The translations under genes and the position numbers were made by a program. From contig CAVYSE010000007.1 of NCBI GenBank assembly GCA_963771075.1, positions 128,001 to 192,000 of the forward strand: DNA of 64,000 nt. The letters are read 5' to 3'. Each line of letters starts with the position of its first letter. Position 1 is the stretch's first letter. The DNA comes from a candidate division FCPU426 bacterium (lineage in GTDB: Bacteria; Oederibacteriota; Muellerivitia; Muellerivitales; Muellerivitaceae). Shown in pieces: positions 1 to 10,013 of the stretch. The notes under the pieces were generated by a model. It was not told the DNA's origin. It did not search any database and saw only the letters and a program-made list of their open reading frames with translations.

Positions 1-432
1 ACCGTGCTACCTACCCGGCTCTATTTGGGACAAAAGGATGCCCAGCAGGCGGTGATTCTCCGGCAGGTCTTAAAAGATCTCGACATAGAATTGGAATCGG
101 TCTTTTGCCCCATCGTCCGTGAATCCGACGGTTTGGCCATGAGTTCCAGGAACAAAAATCTCACCTTGGAAGGAAGAGCGTCCGCCCCGGTACTTTACAG
201 GGCTTTGAAAGTGGGTAAAAGTATCGTGGATCTGGGGGAGACCGATGTGGAAAAGGTGCTGGAAGAGGTCCGTAAGGTCATCAAGGATGAGCGTGCGGTC
301 AAAATCCAATACCTGGAAGCCGTCCATCAGGAGAACTTAAGCCCCTTGAGAAAGATCGTTCCCGGCATGACCCTGATCGGCTTAGCCGCTTACCTTGACA
401 ATGTCCGCCTCATCGACAATATTGTTGTTTAA
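1..432 (+). CDS. panC: Pantoate--beta-alanine ligase, C-terminal part (5' end outside window)
   Basis: YLGQKDAQQ, VRESDGLAMSSRN and terminal VRLIDN motifs; followed by panD. Confidence 0.96.
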   Translation, partial: TVLPTRLYLGQKDAQQAVILRQVLKDLDIELESVFCPIVRESDGLAMSSRNKNLTLEGRASAPVLYRALKVGKSIVDLGETDVEKVLEEVRKVIKDERAVKIQYLEAVHQENLSPLRKIVPGMTLIGLAAYLDNVRLIDNIVV

Positions 433-491
433 TGACCTTGGATACTTGAGGCAGGGGTTCTAATCGCTTTTCATGGGGTTAATCAACAATC

Positions 492-857
492 ATGGGCCGT
501 TATTTCGTCAAATCAAAGATCCAAAAAGCCACCGTCAAACAGACGGACCTGCACTATGAGGGCAGTATCACGGTCGATCCGGTGTTGCTGGAAACGGCCG
601 ATATCGCCCCTTATGAGCAGGTACATGTGCTTAACTTAAACAACGGTGCCCGGATCGTTACTTATGCCATCGAAGGGAAAAGGGGATCGGGCATGGTGTG
701 CCTAAACGGCGCGGCGGCCCGTCAGGCGGAAGTGGGCGATTTGGTCATAATCTTGAGTTACCAGACCATGGAAGGATTACCCCCCAAAGGCTATGCCCCG
801 ACTGTAATCCTCGTCAACGCCAAAAACAAAGTGGTGAAGGTGAAGAAGGGAGCCTGA
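492..857 (+). CDS. panD: Aspartate 1-decarboxylase
   Basis: KSKI..ATV, YEG/SITVD self-cleavage site, NGARIVTYAI, CLNGAAAR. Confidence 0.97.
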   Translation: MGRYFVKSKIQKATVKQTDLHYEGSITVDPVLLETADIAPYEQVHVLNLNNGARIVTYAIEGKRGSGMVCLNGAAARQAEVGDLVIILSYQTMEGLPPKGYAPTVILVNAKNKVVKVKKGA

Positions 858-858
858 A

Positions 859-1794
859 ATGTCCTTGGACCTTTTCTTGGACGATGCCGAGCTCCTTTCC
901 CGGATCGCGCGACTTAAAAAAGAACGGAATGCCGTCATCCTGGCCCATAGTTACGAAAGGCCCGAAGTCCAGGACGCCGCCGATTATGTGGGGGATTCCC
1001 TCGAACTTTCCCGATTGGCGGCCCAAACGGATGCGGATGTAATAGTCTTTTGTTCAGTGCATTTCATGGCAGAAACCGCGAAGATTTTATCCCCCCAAAA
1101 AACTGTTTTGTTGCCATCGGCCGAGGCCGGTTGCCCTTTGGCGGACATGATCACACCCGCCCAACTTAACTTGGAAAAGGCCAAAAGGCCTCAGGCCGCC
1201 GTTGTGGCTTATGTCAATTGTTCCGCTGAGATCAAGGCCATGGCGGATGTTTGCTGTACTTCCGCCAATGCCCTGCAGGTGGTGGAGGCGGTTCCCCAGG
1301 ACGAGGTCCTTTTCGTGCCCGATCAGCACCTGGGTCGATGGGTCCAGAAGCATTCGACCAAAAAGATGACCCTCTGGGCAGGCTGTTGTCCCACCCACCA
1401 GCGCATGAAGCCGAAGGATATCCTCGACCTTAAACGCCAATATCCGGAAGCCCTGGTGCTGGTCCATCCCGAATCGAGCGAGGAACTCTGCAACCTGGCG
1501 GACGAGGTCCTGTCCACGTCGCAAATGCTCCGTTATTGCGAGTCCTCTCCTGCGTCCACCTTCATTATCGGTACCGAGATGGGTATGCTTCACCGCCTGC
1601 GAAAATCGATGCCGGAGAAAAGCTTTCTCCAGCCAAGCAAAGGCTTGATCTGTCCCAATATGAAAATGACCCAGCTGGAAGATCTTTACGAGTCGCTCAA
1701 GGAACTTCAGCACCCCATAGAGATTCCCGAACCCGTACGCTTGATGGCCTTGAAGGCGCTCGATGGGATGCTGGCGGCGATACCCTTAAGGTGA
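859..1794 (+). CDS. nadA: Quinolinate synthase
   Basis: AVILAHSYE, GDSLELS, VHFMAETAKILSP, AGCPLAD, YVNCSAEIKA, VHPE, CPNMK. Confidence 0.97.
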   Translation: MSLDLFLDDAELLSRIARLKKERNAVILAHSYERPEVQDAADYVGDSLELSRLAAQTDADVIVFCSVHFMAETAKILSPQKTVLLPSAEAGCPLADMITPAQLNLEKAKRPQAAVVAYVNCSAEIKAMADVCCTSANALQVVEAVPQDEVLFVPDQHLGRWVQKHSTKKMTLWAGCCPTHQRMKPKDILDLKRQYPEALVLVHPESSEELCNLADEVLSTSQMLRYCESSPASTFIIGTEMGMLHRLRKSMPEKSFLQPSKGLICPNMKMTQLEDLYESLKELQHPIEIPEPVRLMALKALDGMLAAIPLR

Positions 1795-1811
1795 AAGCGG
1801 AGGGTAACGAC

Positions 1812-2792
1812 ATGGGCCCGGCCGTCCGTATTCGGGAACTTTCTAAGACCTATAAAACTGGGTTTTGGTTCCTGCCCAAGATATCCCATGCCCTGAAATC
1901 CCTGAACTTGGAGGTCCAATCCCGACAGGCTTTCGGGCTGCTGGGCCTCAACGGGGCCGGGAAAACCACCACCATCAAGATTCTCCTGGGCCTTTTGAAG
2001 CCCAATACCGGGTCCGTGGAGATTTTGGGTGGGAGCATTTCCCAAAGGTCCATCCGCAACCGCATCGGTTATCTTCCCGAACTCCCCTACTTCTCCCGCC
2101 AGCACACGGGCCGGGAACTTCTGGCCTATTTCGGCGCCCTGCACGGCCTCTCCGGCAAGTCCCTCGCCTCCCGGGTGGACGAGGTGCTGGAACTGGTGCG
2201 CATGACCAAGAGCGCGGACGAGCGCCTCTCAGGCTACTCCAAGGGGATGCAGCAGCGCATCGGCATCGGCCAGGCCCTGATCGGCAAGCCCGAGTTCCTG
2301 GTTTGCGACGAGCCCATGAGCGGCCTGGACCCAGTGGGGTACAAGGAAATGCGCGACATTTTCATCGACTTGAAGTTCTCGGGTACGACCCTCTTCCTCA
2401 ATACGCATATCCTGGACGAGGTGGAGCGCATCTGCGACCGGGTGGGGGTATTGCACGAGGGCGTCTTGAAGGATGTCCGGGACGTACCCGAGATCATGGA
2501 ATCCGATTTGCCTGTGGATTATTGGCTCGATGTCCAATCGGGGGACGCCTCCAAATTGTCGGGCCTGCCATTCCGGGGTGCGGTTTCCAGGCAGGAGGGG
2601 ATCCTGATCCAGGGGAAGGCACTTTCCCAAACCCTTTCGACCTTAACCACCCGAAAGGTCAAGGTGCACGGGATTCGCCCCCTTTCCTCCCAGCTGGAAG
2701 CCTATTTCCTGAAGGCCATCGGTTTGGACAAAATGGTGGCCCAGGCGAAGGTGACCGCCGCGCCTGAATCGAAAAAGCGGAGGGCCAAATGA
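1812..2792 (+). CDS. ABC transporter ATP-binding protein (PilH/XapD-like)
   Basis: Walker A GLNGAGKTT, signature YSKGMQQR, CDEPMSGLDP, H-loop; start at ATG 1812 behind GGAGGG. Confidence 0.9.
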   Translation: MGPAVRIRELSKTYKTGFWFLPKISHALKSLNLEVQSRQAFGLLGLNGAGKTTTIKILLGLLKPNTGSVEILGGSISQRSIRNRIGYLPELPYFSRQHTGRELLAYFGALHGLSGKSLASRVDEVLELVRMTKSADERLSGYSKGMQQRIGIGQALIGKPEFLVCDEPMSGLDPVGYKEMRDIFIDLKFSGTTLFLNTHILDEVERICDRVGVLHEGVLKDVRDVPEIMESDLPVDYWLDVQSGDASKLSGLPFRGAVSRQEGILIQGKALSQTLSTLTTRKVKVHGIRPLSSQLEAYFLKAIGLDKMVAQAKVTAAPESKKRRAK

Positions 2793-3562
2793 AAAGGGCA
2801 TTGACCGTCGCCGCCTTCACCTTCCGGGAGCTGGTCCGCAGCAAGATGTTTTATATCTGGTTCGTATGCGTCGTGGTTTTGTGCGGCCTGGCCTTCCTGC
2901 TTTCCATGCTTAGTTTCGGGGACGCCTTGAAAATCTTCATGGACCTGGGAATGACGGGGATGGAAATGGGCGGGATCATCGTCCTCCTGCTCAGCCTGGC
3001 GGTGACTTACAACACCGAGATGGACCAGAAGGCCATTTTCCTCCAGTTGGCCAAGCCGATTACCCGGGGCGAATATCTATTGGGCCGGGTGCTGGGCTTT
3101 TTCTCGGTGGTGGGGCTGGTCGTCCTGGGCATGGGTTTGGTGATCGCGGGCCTGGCTTTCTTATTCGGGGGAGAGGTTCCGCCCCTCTTTTGGGCCTCCT
3201 CCGCCTTCCTTATCCTGGAAATGTTCGTGCTCTGCGCCATGGGGCTCACTTACCAGACGCTGGGAACCTCCCTGGTGGGGGCCTTCCTCTACACCTTTTT
3301 CACCATCTTCCTGGGCCACCTGATCGGCGAGATCGAATGGCTCCTGGGCCAGGATATCGCGGGATGGGTTAAGACCCTCCTGCGGTTCATCGAGTTCATC
3401 CTTCCCAACCTGGAAGCCTTCAACCTCAAGGACCGGCTTTATGATCCCACCCTGGTTCTGGGCTGGGCCCAATGGCGGGACGTGTTCCTCTACTCTTTCG
3501 GCTATTCTTTCGTGGTATTCATGTTCGGCTGGATCAATCTGGAAAAGAGGGAGTTCAAGTGA
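2789..3562 (+). CDS. ABC-2 type permease (PilI/XapC-like)
   Basis: About six hydrophobic segments, TFRELVRSK, LAKPITRGEYLLGRVLG, LPNLEAFNLK, C-terminal EKREF; ATGA overlap with the ATPase. Confidence 0.85.
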   Translation: MKRALTVAAFTFRELVRSKMFYIWFVCVVVLCGLAFLLSMLSFGDALKIFMDLGMTGMEMGGIIVLLLSLAVTYNTEMDQKAIFLQLAKPITRGEYLLGRVLGFFSVVGLVVLGMGLVIAGLAFLFGGEVPPLFWASSAFLILEMFVLCAMGLTYQTLGTSLVGAFLYTFFTIFLGHLIGEIEWLLGQDIAGWVKTLLRFIEFILPNLEAFNLKDRLYDPTLVLGWAQWRDVFLYSFGYSFVVFMFGWINLEKREFK

Positions 3563-4272
3563 CGTTCCCCTGGTCGCCCGGAAGCCGGGGTTTGCGGAAC
3601 GCCCTGGTGGCCCTGTTCCTGGTGTTCCTGGCCCAGGCCTGGCTTTGCCTGAGGCTGGACCAATGGATTCATCCGCTCCCCTTTAAAAACAAGGAATCGC
3701 ATATGGCGGTGGTGGACAAGAAGGTGACCTCCACTCTCAGGGCGGTGGCCTACTTAACGGGCTACAAGGTGCTGGTGGGCCATTTGTTCTGGATCCAAGT
3801 GGTGCAATATTACGGCGACAGCAGCAACGCGGCCGATCATTTTTCCAAACTTTACGATTACTGCTCTCTGGCCTCGGACTTGAACCCCTGTTTCATTCCA
3901 GCCTACACTTATGGCGCCGCGGCCCTGGCATTTCATTTGAAGAGGATCGATCAGGCGGAGAGGCTTCTCAAAAAAGGGATCCTGTCCAATCCTGGTGAAC
4001 CCAAATTGACCCTTTTGCTGGCTTCCATCCTTTATCAAAACACTGAACAATACGACAAGCTCATTCCCTTTCTGGAGGCCCAAATCGACCGAGGGGACGC
4101 CCCCACGGTCCTGGTCCATATTTTGGCCAATACCTACCAGAAACTGGGACGCTATCAGGAGGCCATCACCCTTTGGAAAAAATGCTTAAAAGAATCCACC
4201 TCCGACTCGCAAAGGATCGAGGCGGCCGCCTTCCTGCAACAACTCTATCGCCTTGAAAAATCAAGACCTTGA
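3559..4272 (+). CDS. Membrane-anchored TPR protein (PilG/XapA-like)
   Basis: GTGA overlap with the permease stop; N-terminal TM, LFWIQVVQYYG...SDLNPCFIPAY motif, TPR-like helices. Confidence 0.7.
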   Translation: MTFPWSPGSRGLRNALVALFLVFLAQAWLCLRLDQWIHPLPFKNKESHMAVVDKKVTSTLRAVAYLTGYKVLVGHLFWIQVVQYYGDSSNAADHFSKLYDYCSLASDLNPCFIPAYTYGAAALAFHLKRIDQAERLLKKGILSNPGEPKLTLLLASILYQNTEQYDKLIPFLEAQIDRGDAPTVLVHILANTYQKLGRYQEAITLWKKCLKESTSDSQRIEAAAFLQQLYRLEKSRP

Positions 4273-5183
4273 TCCACCTCTTGACCGCCAGTCCCGCCCT
4301 AGACCTGGATATCAAGCTTGAAAGATCGCGCCGTGGAAAAATTGGACTCCTGGAACATTGCCGGTGGGAAGCCGGGGGCAAGGCGGTTAATCTCTCGCGA
4401 TTTTTGGGAAAATGGAATGTGGCCCATCGCCTTTGGCTGGGAGCTGGCGGGGGCGAGGATCCCGCCCATTTCCTTTATGGGAAATTGCTGAAGCAGGAAG
4501 GCCTTTCGGCGACCTTCCTGGACCTGCAAGCCCCTATTCGCATGAACGCCGTGGTGGATGAGAATGGCGTGAAAGGAAAGTACAACCATTTGGGATTTCC
4601 ACTCCGCAAGAACATTTGGAAGACCCTGTTAAAATCCGTCCGATCGGGGGATCACTGGGTCTTGGCGGGCCGACTTCCCCGGGGTATGGACCCGCAAAGT
4701 CAGGCTCAATGGATCCTCTCCGCCCAAAAAAAAGGGGCGAAAGTTCTTCTTGATACTTCCGGCCAGGCGCTCTGGGCCGCGCTCAAGGCCAAACCCTGGT
4801 TCTTCAAGGTGAACCTGTATGAATTGTCCGAGGTGGTAAGGCAACGATTCCAATCCCTAGAACAGGTTCCTGCCCTGATGCGAAAGATGGGTTTGGAACA
4901 TGGCGCGGTCACGGATGGACCGAATGGCGCCGTCCTTTGGGAAAAAGATGAATGCTTTAGGGTCCGAATGGGAAAGCCTGTGAACGGATCCTTGGTCGTG
5001 GGCGCGGGGGACGCCTTTATGGCGGGCTACCTGAAGGCCCTGATGGAAAAAATGCCCCTGATTTTTCGGGCGGTCCTCGCCAATGCTTGCGGCGCGGCGG
5101 TGGCCCGGACCGATCTTCATCGTTTCAGCCCTCTAGGGGTCTCCCAACTGCTCAAATACACTGTTCTCAAGAGAATCTCGTGA
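4269..5183 (+). CDS. PfkB-family carbohydrate kinase (1-phosphofructokinase-like)
   Basis: LTASPALD, AGGKAVN, LAGRLPRG, LDTSG, KVNLYE, VGAGDAF. Confidence 0.88.
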   Translation: MIHLLTASPALDLDIKLERSRRGKIGLLEHCRWEAGGKAVNLSRFLGKWNVAHRLWLGAGGGEDPAHFLYGKLLKQEGLSATFLDLQAPIRMNAVVDENGVKGKYNHLGFPLRKNIWKTLLKSVRSGDHWVLAGRLPRGMDPQSQAQWILSAQKKGAKVLLDTSGQALWAALKAKPWFFKVNLYELSEVVRQRFQSLEQVPALMRKMGLEHGAVTDGPNGAVLWEKDECFRVRMGKPVNGSLVVGAGDAFMAGYLKALMEKMPLIFRAVLANACGAAVARTDLHRFSPLGVSQLLKYTVLKRIS

Positions 5184-6466
5184 ACGGCGAAATCCGTCCC
5201 ATTTATTCCGTGACCGAACTGGTTCAAACCGCACGTGCCCTCCTGGAAGCCAAGTTTCCCAACGTGCTGGTCCAGGGCGAGATTAGTCGTTTCACCAAAC
5301 ATCCTTCAGGCCACATCTATTTCGATCTCAAGGACGAGAAAAGTCTCGTTTCCTGCGCTTTCTTCAAGGGGTACAACCAAAGCCTGACCTTCCAACCCGA
5401 GCAGGGCATGAAAGTGATGGTGGGTGGTCACTTATCCCTCTTTGAGGCGAGGGGACAGTTTCAACTTTTGGTCCACGTTCTTGAACCCCAAGGGGTGGGC
5501 GGACTGCAAATGGCTTTCGAACAACTGAAGAAAAAGCTCATGGAAGAGGGGCTGTTCGACGAATCCCGAAAGAAATCCCTGCCCACTTTTCCTGTTCGCA
5601 TCGCCCTTGTCACCTCGCCTTCCGGGGCCGCCATCCAGGATTTCATGAAAATCCTCGAGACACGGGCCGGCATTGAGGAAGTGGAGCTTTACCCCGTAAA
5701 GGTTCAAGGAATCGAGGCGCCGAAAGAAATCCGCCAGGCGATTCTGGAAATATCGGCCAGGAAGGAACATGATGTCCTAGTCTTGACTCGGGGCGGGGGT
5801 AGCCTGGAAGACTTATCGGCCTTCAATGACGAGTCTGTGGTCCGGGCACTAGCCAGTTGTTCCATCCCCACCATCAGCGCCGTGGGCCACGAGGTGGACT
5901 TCACCCTCTGCGATTTTGTGGCCGACCGCCGGGAGCCCACCCCCACCGCTGCCGCTGCCCATATTGCCCCGGGAAGGGACGAAATCAGGGAAACCTTGTT
6001 GGAGAGCCAGCGCAGATTGAAAGAGTCCCTGGAGGCCATCCTGGAGGGTAAACGGAGGGATCTAAGGGAGCTGTCGACCAACCTTAAGGACCGCCGTCCC
6101 GATAAGCTCTTGGACCAAGCCCGTCAGAACTTGGACTACAAGGCCCAGGAACTTAAGGATGCCCTTCTCCAGCGTCTTCAATATAACCGGCTACGCTATC
6201 AACGCTTCACCGACTTTTTGGCCCGGACCACCCCACTTCAACTCCTTCAGCCTTTGAAGGAAAGGCTCAAGGGTCTGGAAGCCCAATTACAGGCCTTTCA
6301 TCCCCATGGTCCGCTGAAAAGGGGATATGCCATCGTCACGCGGCGAACGACGGATGAGATCTTACGAACCTCGAAAGGTTTGGCGAAAGGGGAGCTTCTG
6401 GATATCCTTTTGCAGCAGGGAACCGTCGAATCGGAAGTTGTTTCAACCCAGGTTAAAAATGAATAA
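5180..6466 (+). CDS. xseA: Exodeoxyribonuclease VII large subunit
   Basis: YSVTEL, VQGEIS...SGHIYFDLKD, TSPSGAAIQD, RGGGSLEDL, SAVGHEVDFTLCDFVAD, PTPTAAA, LKRGYA; GTG 5180 overlaps the previous stop. Confidence 0.97.
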   Translation: MNGEIRPIYSVTELVQTARALLEAKFPNVLVQGEISRFTKHPSGHIYFDLKDEKSLVSCAFFKGYNQSLTFQPEQGMKVMVGGHLSLFEARGQFQLLVHVLEPQGVGGLQMAFEQLKKKLMEEGLFDESRKKSLPTFPVRIALVTSPSGAAIQDFMKILETRAGIEEVELYPVKVQGIEAPKEIRQAILEISARKEHDVLVLTRGGGSLEDLSAFNDESVVRALASCSIPTISAVGHEVDFTLCDFVADRREPTPTAAAAHIAPGRDEIRETLLESQRRLKESLEAILEGKRRDLRELSTNLKDRRPDKLLDQARQNLDYKAQELKDALLQRLQYNRLRYQRFTDFLARTTPLQLLQPLKERLKGLEAQLQAFHPHGPLKRGYAIVTRRTTDEILRTSKGLAKGELLDILLQQGTVESEVVSTQVKNE

Positions 6467-6497
6467 AATGGGAAAATTTTAGTTCAGGGGAAATCTC

Positions 6498-6722
6498 ATG
6501 GCTGTTTCACTATCATTTGAGGACTCTCTCGCCAAGCTAGAAACCATCGTTGAAAAGATGGAGTCGGGCGATTTGAAGCTGGAGGATTCCCTCAAACTAT
6601 TCGAAGAAGGCATGAAGCTCACCAAAGAGTGCAACCAACGCCTCAATGAGATCGAAAAAAAGGTCAAAACGCTCCTGAAAACGGCTACCGCCAAATCCAA
6701 AGACGACGAGTCCAAGGATTAA
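6498..6722 (+). CDS. xseB: Exodeoxyribonuclease VII small subunit
   Basis: SFEDSLAKLETIVEKMESGDLKLEDSLKLFEEG; lies between xseA and ispA. Confidence 0.97.
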   Translation: MAVSLSFEDSLAKLETIVEKMESGDLKLEDSLKLFEEGMKLTKECNQRLNEIEKKVKTLLKTATAKSKDDESKD

Positions 6723-6727
6723 ATCCC

Positions 6728-7624
6728 ATGCCTTTCCCCATCGAGGCTTACCTTAAACAAAAACGCCAGATCGTGGACCGGGGCCTTCGACAGGTCTTTC
6801 ATAAGAGTTCTAACTGTCCCAGAATCCTCTGGGACAGCATGAAATACAGTGTTTTTGCTGGGGGGAAGCGTCTTCGTCCCGTGCTTTGCCTAGCCGCCGC
6901 CGAGACACTCGACCTCCCGCAAAAAGAAGCGCTTCGGATCGCATGTTCTCTCGAACTCATCCATACCTACAGCCTTATTCATGATGATTTGCCAGCCTTG
7001 GATAATGACGACTATCGCCGCGGATTTAAGACCAACCACAAGGTCTTCGGTGAGGCAATGGCTATCTTAGCCGGCGACTCCCTCCTTACCCTGGCTTTTG
7101 AATGGGTTTCTATGCCCGAGGGTTACGCTCCCCCTCGCCGAAAAAACATTCCCCGGATCGTTCGCGAATTGGCGTCCCACGCGGGTTATCCCGGCATGGT
7201 GGGCGGCCAGGTGGACGATGTACTATCCGAAAGACAAAAACCTGTTCTCGCCAAGGTCCTTTCCATCCACCGCCGCAAGACCGGAGCCCTCCTGCTTTCC
7301 AGCGTCCGACTGCCCGCCCTTTTGGCGGGTGCGCCCTCCCGGAAGGTCCATGCGCTAACTCGGTATGGGCAATCAGCGGGGTTGGCGTTCCAAATCGTGG
7401 ATGACGTCATGAACGAGACCGGGGACAGTCAAAAAATGGGGAAGTCCCAAGGAAGTGATAGGGAACGCGGCAAGATGACTTATCCCGCCGCTGTGGGCCT
7501 GTCTAAATCCCGCCAAGCGATCCGACAACTGACCGTCCAGGCCCTGGATTCCCTGAAACCCCTGGGAAGCAAGGCCGAGGCGCTGAAGGCCCTAGCGGAT
7601 TACATGTCGAAAAGGACCACTTGA
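6728..7624 (+). CDS. ispA: Polyprenyl (farnesyl/geranylgeranyl) diphosphate synthase
   Basis: GGKRLRP, HTYSLIHDDLPALDNDDYRRG, AILAGD, GGQ, KTGALL, FQIVDD. Confidence 0.93.
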   Translation: MPFPIEAYLKQKRQIVDRGLRQVFHKSSNCPRILWDSMKYSVFAGGKRLRPVLCLAAAETLDLPQKEALRIACSLELIHTYSLIHDDLPALDNDDYRRGFKTNHKVFGEAMAILAGDSLLTLAFEWVSMPEGYAPPRRKNIPRIVRELASHAGYPGMVGGQVDDVLSERQKPVLAKVLSIHRRKTGALLLSSVRLPALLAGAPSRKVHALTRYGQSAGLAFQIVDDVMNETGDSQKMGKSQGSDRERGKMTYPAAVGLSKSRQAIRQLTVQALDSLKPLGSKAEALKALADYMSKRTT

Positions 7625-7627
7625 GCC

Positions 7628-8086
7628 ATGGGTACCTTCGACCATCACCATTACAGCAATCTTTTTTACATCACCACGATCGCCTTTCTCGTGGCCCAGG
7701 GATTGAAGGTGTTGATTTACTATTTTCAGCACCATAGAATCAATTTTCGCTTGTTTGTCGGCATGGGCGGCATGCCCAGCTCCCATTCGGCCTTTGTCTG
7801 CAGTTTGACCACCGCCATCGGCCTGGATACCCGATGGGATTCCCCGGCTTTCTGGCTCTCGGTCGGCATGGCGTTCATCGTCATGACGGACGCGGCGGGT
7901 GTGCGCCGGGCCGCAGGCCAGCAGGCGAAGATCCTGAACCAAATCATGGATGACTGGGGCAAGTCGCGTCCGATCCCCCAGCAACGGTTGAAGGAATTTT
8001 TAGGCCATACCCCCATACAGGTTGTCGCAGGAGCGGCCCTGGGGATCGCGATCGCGTTCGCGCTCTATCCCTTACTTCCATTTTAA
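7628..8086 (+). CDS. Divergent PAP2 family protein (DUF212)
   Basis: GGMPSSHSA, VMTDAAGVRRAAGQQAKILN, LKEFLGHTP; usual position between ispA and dxs. Confidence 0.92.
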   Translation: MGTFDHHHYSNLFYITTIAFLVAQGLKVLIYYFQHHRINFRLFVGMGGMPSSHSAFVCSLTTAIGLDTRWDSPAFWLSVGMAFIVMTDAAGVRRAAGQQAKILNQIMDDWGKSRPIPQQRLKEFLGHTPIQVVAGAALGIAIAFALYPLLPF

Positions 8087-8097
8087 ATCGGGGTTTC

Positions 8098-10013
8098 ATG
8101 TACAAGTATTTGGACAAAATCGACAGTCCCCAGCGCCTTCGCGCCCTTCCCAAGGAAGCCTTGCCCAAGGTGGCGGAGGAAATAAGGGATTTCCTGGTGA
8201 CTTCTGTTTCCAAGACGGGCGGTCACCTGGGAGCCAGCCTTGGGACGGTGGAGCTGACCCTGGCCATGCATTTCATTTATGACACCCCCCAAGACCGGAT
8301 CGTCTGGGACGTGGGCCACCAGGCCTACGGCCACAAGGTGATCACGGGCCGGAAGGACCGCTTCGACACCTTGCGCCAGTTCGAGGGCCTTTGCGGTTTC
8401 CCCAAACGCAACGAGAGCGAATACGACACCTTCGCGGCGGGCCACGCCGGCACGGCGCTTTCGGCGGCCTACGGCATGGCCCTGGCCCGGGACGTTCAAA
8501 AGAAAAACTTCAACGTTTTGGCGGTGGTGGGGGACGCTTCGATTTCCAACGGCATGGCCATGGAGGCCCTGAACAATATCGCTTCCCATCCCGAACTCAA
8601 TTTGACCGTCATCCTGAACGACAACGAAATGTCCATTTCCCCCAACGTGGGGGCCATGTCTTCCTACCTGAACAAGATCCTGGCGGGCAAAACCTATCAA
8701 CGAGGCGAAGGCCAATTTCGAGAGGATGATCGAAAAATTCCCCATGGGCCAGCAGATGATCAATGTGGCCCACCACGCCGAGGAATCCCTGAAGGGCTTC
8801 ATCACGCCCGGAACCTTTTTCGAGGAGATGGGCCTGCGTTATTACGGGCCCATTGACGGCCATGACATGAAGACCCTGGTCGAGATCTTCCGGCGGGTGC
8901 GACAGCTCAAGGGCCCGGTCCTGTTCACGTGATCACCACCAAAGGCAAGGGTTACGCTCCTGCCGAGGAAAACCCGGAAAAATACCATGGGGTTCCGATT
9001 TTCGATAAGGAAACGGGGATGACGGTACGCCTCCCGTACCCGGGACGCCGCCCTCCTACACCAAGGTTTTCGGGGACACCATGATCGAACTGGCGAAGGA
9101 CCATCCGAACCTTTTTGCCATCACGGCCGCCATGCCGGAAGGCACCGGCCTGAAAAAGTTCGGGGAGGCTTATCCCGGCCGTTTCGCCGATGTCGGAATC
9201 GCCGAGTCAGCACGGGGTTTGCATGGCCGCGGGGCTGGCCTGCGAAGGGCCTGAAGCCCGTGGTGGCCATCTATTCCACCTTCCTGCAAAGGGCTTACGA
9301 CCAGATCATCCACGATGTCTGCCTGCAAAAACTGCCCGTGGTTTTCGCCTTGGACCGGGGAGGGCTGGTGGGTGAGGACGGGGAAACCCATCAAGGCGTT
9401 TACGACCTGACCTATCTGCGCTGTATTCCCAACATGACGGTCATGGCGCCCGCGGACGAGAGTGAATTTCGAAACATGCTTTTTACTGCCTTGGAACACG
9501 ACGGCCCCATTGCCTTGCGATATCCGCGGGGGAACGGTGAAGGCGTGTCCTTGGAAAAGGGATTCCGGAAAATCCCCATCGGCAAGGGGGAGATCCTGGA
9601 ACTGGGCAGGGATTACGCCCTCCTGGCGGTAGGCCGCATGGTGGGTGTGGCCAAGGCGGTGGCCCTGACCTTGAAAAAAGAGGGTTTGCAGGGAACGGTG
9701 GCCAACATGCGGTTCGTGAAACCGCTGGACGAGGCTCTGATCCTCTCCCTGGCCCATGAGCATAAGGTCCTTTTGACCATGGAGGAGAATGTACTGACGG
9801 GTGGTTTCGGCAGCGGGGTTTTGGAAGTACTCCAGAAGCCATGGGATCACGGATTGCGCGGTCCGTCAGGTCGCCATTCCCGACAAATTCATCGAGCATG
9901 CCAACCCCAAGATCCAGCGAGAACTTTGTGGGTTGGAACCCTCGCAGGTGGCAGAAGGGGTCAGGAAAATGTTGAAAACCCAGAATGACGTCCGGCTGGG
10001 CGTCGTTTCCTAA
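8098..10013 (+). pseudogene. dxs: 1-deoxy-D-xylulose-5-phosphate synthase, frame broken about six times as sequenced (probably assembly errors; likely intact in vivo)
   Basis: [118 protein letters not shown] appear in order across successive frames. Confidence 0.93.

Noticed and set aside
7390..7420. DDVMN in place of the second DDxxD motif of IspA
   Set aside because: Single conservative change in an otherwise complete enzyme; not interpretable given the sequence error rate.
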